From: Octopus sinensis | Taxonomy: Eukaryota | NCBI RefSeq assembly: GCF_006345805.1 | Contig: NC_043025.1 | Span: forward strand, 16,306,001-16,370,000 | Length of the DNA: 64,000 bases | Direction: 5' to 3' | Part shown: one piece after another, positions 63,859 through 64,000 of the stretch | Layout of the letters: every line of letters starts with the position of its first letter | Numbering within the stretch: the stretch's first letter is position 1 | The notes under the pieces: generated by a model | Told to the model about the DNA's origin: nothing | Database searches by the model: none | What the model saw: only the letters and a program-made list of their open reading frames with translations | Position numbers and translations under genes: made by a program

Positions 63859-64000
63859 TCAATACCCACGACAACATGATACCACCCCTACAAAACCACC
63901 ATCACTTTCCCCCCTACAACCACCACCACTGCCACCACCACCACCACCATCACCACCACTATCCCATCTCCACACACAATCTTCCTTTTCTTCTTTCTCT

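Overview
AT-rich, microsatellite-dense eukaryotic genomic DNA. The SINE and retroelement complement looks like an octopod cephalopod (Octopus-like; inference). There is one 100-N gap at 1116-1215. Two spliced + strand genes can be read. (1) A mucin-stalk chymotrypsin-fold (S1) serine-protease homologue has 7 exons visible at 3598-32023. All three catalytic residues are replaced, and the last exon has a probable 1-nt frameshift. (2) The 5' part of a TRPC channel gene (57177-63768, continuing beyond the window) carries an exactly duplicated 81-nt exon. The rest is TE debris: Tx1/L1, Dong-R4, Hero, CR1, RTE, Gypsy, several Penelope-like elements, Helitrons, a mariner, a MITE and tRNA-derived SINEs. 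The most striking hidden signal is RNA, not protein. About 15 recognisable type I hammerhead ribozyme motifs occur, mostly in short non-coding elements inserted in (TA)n tracts. These include a tandem array of ~490-bp monomers with one hammerhead each (11551-13382, retrozyme/circRNA-like), a diverged covarying relative (38541-39075), and a second ~480-bp family (15764-16762). Most listed ORFs are microsatellite artefacts. All structure and homology calls were made by eye, without database searches.
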